The notes beneath the pieces were generated by a model. It was not told where the DNA came from. It saw only the letters and a program-made list of their open reading frames with translations, and ran no database searches. From Clostridia bacterium (GTDB taxonomy: Bacteria; Bacillota; Clostridia; Christensenellales; CAG-138): a stretch of 64,000 nucleotides of DNA. The position numbers were made by a program, and so were the translations under genes. The stretch's first letter is position 1; each line of letters starts with the position of its first letter. Of this stretch, positions 60,886-64,000 are shown one piece after another. The stretch spans positions 1,813-65,812 of the forward strand of contig JAFQCL010000028.1 in NCBI GenBank assembly GCA_017416425.1, read 5' to 3'.

Positions 60886-60919
60886 GCAAATATGCATTGC
60901 GTTTGCAATGCATATTTGC
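60886..60919. promoter_or_regulatory. 15-bp perfect inverted repeat with a 4-nt spacer in a divergent promoter region
   Basis: gcaaatatgcattgc-gttt-gcaatgcatatttgc. A partial third half-site, aaatgcaatgc, lies about 30 nt downstream. Confidence 0.6.
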
Positions 60920-60971
60920 ACGAAAATTTGCCATAAGCTTATAGCAAGACAAATGCAATGCGAGGTGCTAA

Positions 60972-61187
60972 ATGGGAAAATTCAAAATTCCAAAAACACC
61001 GCCGACTATCAATAAAACCATTCGTTTCCCGGTTGATGTGGTGGAAGAAGTGGAAGATGCGATCCGAGGAAAGGACTGCACATTTTCCGCGTTCGTGATA
61101 GCTGCCGTTCGCGCTGCCCTTGAGGACATTAACGATGTTCCGGAAGTATCCCACAAAGATGTTCTTCTCAAAGAGGATGAGGATTGA
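60972..61187 (+). CDS. Ribbon-helix-helix (CopG/Arc-like) DNA-binding protein
   Basis: KTIRFPVDVVEEVEDAI...FSAFVIAAVRAAL fits a beta-strand plus two-helix RHH pattern, followed by an acidic tail. Confidence 0.5.
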   Translation: MGKFKIPKTPPTINKTIRFPVDVVEEVEDAIRGKDCTFSAFVIAAVRAALEDINDVPEVSHKDVLLKEDED

Positions 61188-61224
61188 TCTTTGCCGTAAG
61201 GCTAAGCTTTTTTGAGTTTTTTCT

Positions 61225-61691
61225 GGGGAACTGCGCGTCCCCGGCGCCTTCGCCAGAAGGTGTATCCTGCGCAAGGGTATCCGCCCTTGACCCATAAACC
61301 TTTGGGGCTATGGCGAAAAAACAACACTTGTAACAAAAGACGAACGCTTTTTTGTACAAAGCCCCACACGCTTGCAGACGCCAAACGGCGAGTTCTGCCG
61401 GGGGCTTTTGGGCAGCGCCTCCAATGGGGGTTTTGGATTAAAAACGGTTTTTTCAAGGGTTTCACCCCTGCACTCCATTGGGGAACTGCGCGTCCCCGGC
61501 GCCTTCGCCAGAAGGTGTACCCTGCGCAAGGGTATCCGCCCTTGACCCATAAACCTTTGGGGCTATGGCGAAAAAACAACACTTGTAACAAAAGACGAAC
61601 GCTTTTTTGTACAAAGCCCCACACGCTTGCAGGCGCCAAACGGCGAGTTCTGCCGGGGGCTTTTGGGCAGCGCCTCCAATGGGGGTTTGGG
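61225..61691. repeat. Tandem duplication (period 255 bp) of an approximately 212-bp GC-rich hairpin-dense repeat unit
   Basis: The unit starting ggggaactgcgcgtccccggcgccttcgccagaaggtgta... begins at 61225 and again at 61480, nearly identical through ...cagcgcctccaatggggg. ORFs are open on both strands. Confidence 0.9.
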
Positions 61692-61999
61692 GCAAAGCCC
61701 ATGCGGATAGGGTAAAAGTCGGAACCTTCAAGTATTGCTTTTACGACAAAAAGCGATACTTTGTATCAAAACAGGTACACCTTTGAGCAAATACGCGATA
61801 TTTTTTCCTTCTATACTATAAATTCCTATAATAATTCATTTTTTGACAAAAAGATCGATTTACACTTTTAATTTTGCGTGCTATAATCAAGTGCTTAAAA
61901 CAGTATGGAACGTTTTAAAAGGGCGTATCTTTAAAAATGACCCATGCGATGAGTGAAATAAAATGCCACGTATGTAAAAAGTAGAAAGGGATAATCCAT

Positions 62000-63349
62000 A
62001 TGAAAATTACTGCAAAAAAAGTAAGACTTGTAGTCGAGATTGACAATGCGGCGTACTCTGCTGCGAAACATGAGGAGTATTTGCGCGTGCGCGGAAGATA
62101 TAATATGCCCGGCTTTAGAAATGGTAAAGCTCCTATGGGCGTTATCGAAAAGGCATATGGCGCGCTGGTGTTCTTTGATAACGCTTTTAATAAGCTTTAT
62201 AGAGAATACTATGATAAAGCCGTTGAAAAATTCGGCTTGAGTGTCGTGGGCGAACCGGAGTTTGAGGTTATTGCGGTTTCAGGTCTTGAGGACGATAACG
62301 GAAAAGCTATTTTGCCTCCCGAGGTCGGCGTGCGCTTTGATGCGATCGTCAATTTAGAGGTCGAGGTGGAGCTTTCAGATTACAAGGCCATAGAGGCCGC
62401 TCGTCCCGAATACCCTGTAACCGAAGCGCATGTGGATGCCGAAATAGCGGCTATGCAGCGCGAAAGGGCAAGGCTTATCTCTGTGGAGCGCAGTGTTGAA
62501 AACGGCGATGTGGTAAAGCTGGACTACGCGGGCAGCGTTGACGGTGTATTCTTTGACGGCGGCACCGCAAGCGATCAGGAACTTGAGATAGGCTCAGGTC
62601 ATTTCATACCCGGCTTTGAGGAGCAGATGATAGGCATGGCCATAGGCGAGGAGCGCGATCTTAAGGTAACATTCCCCACCGAATACCACGCACAGGAGCT
62701 GGCCGGAAAGGAAGCCAATTTCCATGTTAAGGTGAATGAGATATTCGTTCGTGAGCTGCCCGAGCTTGACGATGAGTTCGCGCAGGACGCTTCTGAAAGC
62801 GCGACAACTATGGAAGAGCTTCGCGCCGAGATCAGAAAGGAACATGAGGCCGCAAACGCCGAGCGTGCGGATCGTGATTATCGTGATCTTGTAATTGAAA
62901 AAATGATAGAAGGCTGCAAGCTTGAAGCTCCTTTGCCCATGATCTACCAGAAGGTGGAGGAGATGATGGCGGATATGAACGACAATTTCCGCAGGCAGGG
63001 CGGCTTTACGCTTGAGATGTACTGCCAGTACACCGGCACTACGCTTGATCAGATGCGCATAGACCTTATGCCGAACGCCGAAAGCAGAGTAAAGCAGCAG
63101 CTTGTACTCGACGCCATCGCCGAGGCTGAGGGAATAAGCGTGAGCGATGAGGAAGTAAATGAGATAATCGACAGCATAATCAGTTCCGAGGAAAATGAAG
63201 AGCAGAGAAACCTGATGAAGGCACGCATAAATGACGAAATCCGCGAGAACATACGCGAAAGCACCAAGTATGAGCGCGCTCAGAAGCTGGTTTTTGACAG
63301 CGTAAAGGAGCCTGCGCAGGCGGAGACCGAGGAAAAACCGGAGGAATAA
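62000..63349 (+). CDS. tig: Trigger factor
   Basis: FKBP-type PPIase core GDVVKLDYAGSVDGVFFDGG...GSGHFIPGFEEQMIGM. Length is 449 aa with an acidic C-terminus. Confidence 0.93.
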   Translation: MKITAKKVRLVVEIDNAAYSAAKHEEYLRVRGRYNMPGFRNGKAPMGVIEKAYGALVFFDNAFNKLYREYYDKAVEKFGLSVVGEPEFEVIAVSGLEDDNGKAILPPEVGVRFDAIVNLEVEVELSDYKAIEAARPEYPVTEAHVDAEIAAMQRERARLISVERSVENGDVVKLDYAGSVDGVFFDGGTASDQELEIGSGHFIPGFEEQMIGMAIGEERDLKVTFPTEYHAQELAGKEANFHVKVNEIFVRELPELDDEFAQDASESATTMEELRAEIRKEHEAANAERADRDYRDLVIEKMIEGCKLEAPLPMIYQKVEEMMADMNDNFRRQGGFTLEMYCQYTGTTLDQMRIDLMPNAESRVKQQLVLDAIAEAEGISVSDEEVNEIIDSIISSEENEEQRNLMKARINDEIRENIRESTKYERAQKLVFDSVKEPAQAETEEKPEE

Positions 63350-63389
63350 TTATAAGTAGAGTTTTCACAGAATAAGCGGGCGGGCGGAT

Positions 63390-63560
63390 GTGCTTGCCCG
63401 TTTTGTTTTGGGGATGGGGGCTCGTAACGCAGAGGCTTTGCCCACAAGCCCCTATTGGGGACTCCGTCCCCAAACCCCTGTCGGGGACTACTCGTCCCCG
63501 AGCCCCTCGGCAGGACTTGCCGTCCTGCACCTGCTATCTTGTGGGGCTTGGGGGAAAAAT
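63390..63560. repeat. GC-rich hairpin-dense intergenic repeat element
   Basis: Hairpins ggggac-tcc-gtcccc, ggggac-tactc-gtcccc and gcaggac-ttgcc-gtcctgc share the GGAC-loop-GTCC module seen at 52.9 kb. Confidence 0.7.
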
Positions 63561-63745
63561 AAAGTTTTGGTGCTGAAATGCGGTTCCTTTGAGGGTCGCC
63601 ATATTTACAAAAAAATACAATTGAAGCGCAGAAATTGCTTGATTCATCTGCAAAAATGTAATATGCTAAATTTGCGGACGGTATACGCGCTTTTTATTAT
63701 TGGTTTGATTTGGTTGAAATAATTAAAGTGAAAGGAGCTGAAGAT

Positions 63746-64000
63746 ATGTTTAAGAAAATTTTTTCTGTGATATTAGTTCTTATAATATGCAGTTCTATAT
63801 CGATCACCGTATTATCTCAGACAGATCATTCACATGCTGAAAGGAATGCCCCAGCCGCGCTTGACGCGGGATCGGCGATCGATGACAGCATAGCGCCCGA
63901 CCACGAAGCAAAGATTACTGATTGGGAAGTATATATAATTCCCGAGGAAGATCCGGAATTCTGGGAAGAGAGTCATGGCGCTCCGGATGAGGTGCTTTCC
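63746..64000 (+). CDS. Secreted protein of unknown function, 3'-truncated by the window edge
   Basis: AGGAG RBS 8 nt upstream of the ATG. Signal-peptide-like MFKKIFSVILVLIICSSISITVLS. The frame is open to the window end. Confidence 0.5.
   Translation, partial: MFKKIFSVILVLIICSSISITVLSQTDHSHAERNAPAALDAGSAIDDSIAPDHEAKITDWEVYIIPEEDPEFWEESHGAPDEVLS

Noticed and set aside
61202-61731. 166-167-aa ORFs on both strands, plus 80-89-aa ORFs, inside the tandem repeat.
   Set aside because: The ORFs are mirror images across a duplicated, stop-poor GC-rich repeat. There is no RBS, and the repeated 'protein' sequence simply reflects the DNA duplication.

Overview
The window is a chromosomal replication-origin region of a Firmicutes/Clostridia genome of roughly 48-50% GC. 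A dockerin-bearing secreted protein hints at an Oscillospiraceae/Ruminococcaceae-like lineage, but that is only a guess. The core is clpP-clpX-dnaA-[oriC]-dnaN-(AT-rich insert)-recF-gyrB-gyrA on the minus strand. It is flanked by housekeeping genes: yebC, two ABC exporter half-pairs, scpAB, glnS, tatD, glgP, rsmI, maf, tsaD, tig and tRNA-Ala. Several accessory pockets are interleaved. (1) An orphan Card1/Can2-like CARF plus PD-(D/E)xK protein sits in an apparent operon with a TetR regulator, convergent with an SNF2 helicase. (2) A phage-type sigma-region-4-like regulator sits between dnaN and recF, behind a near-consensus promoter overlapped by two LexA (Cheo) boxes and preceded by three 11-bp-phased repeats. 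(3) An 8-gene block of zinc-ribbon proteins, lipoproteins and small membrane proteins of unknown function lies next to a solute-binding-protein gene and a membrane-tethered LuxR gene. (4) A sortase-like protein has apparently substituted catalytic residues and an EEPT-repeat tail. (5) A family of GC-rich, hairpin-dense intergenic repeats includes one 255-bp tandem duplication. (6) A lower-GC pocket next to tRNA-Ala holds a decayed XRE gene, an S41 peptidase and a Sel1-repeat gene that appears 5'-truncated. No CRISPR array, cas gene, transposase or integrase was seen. All protein-family calls come from motif recognition by eye, not from searches.
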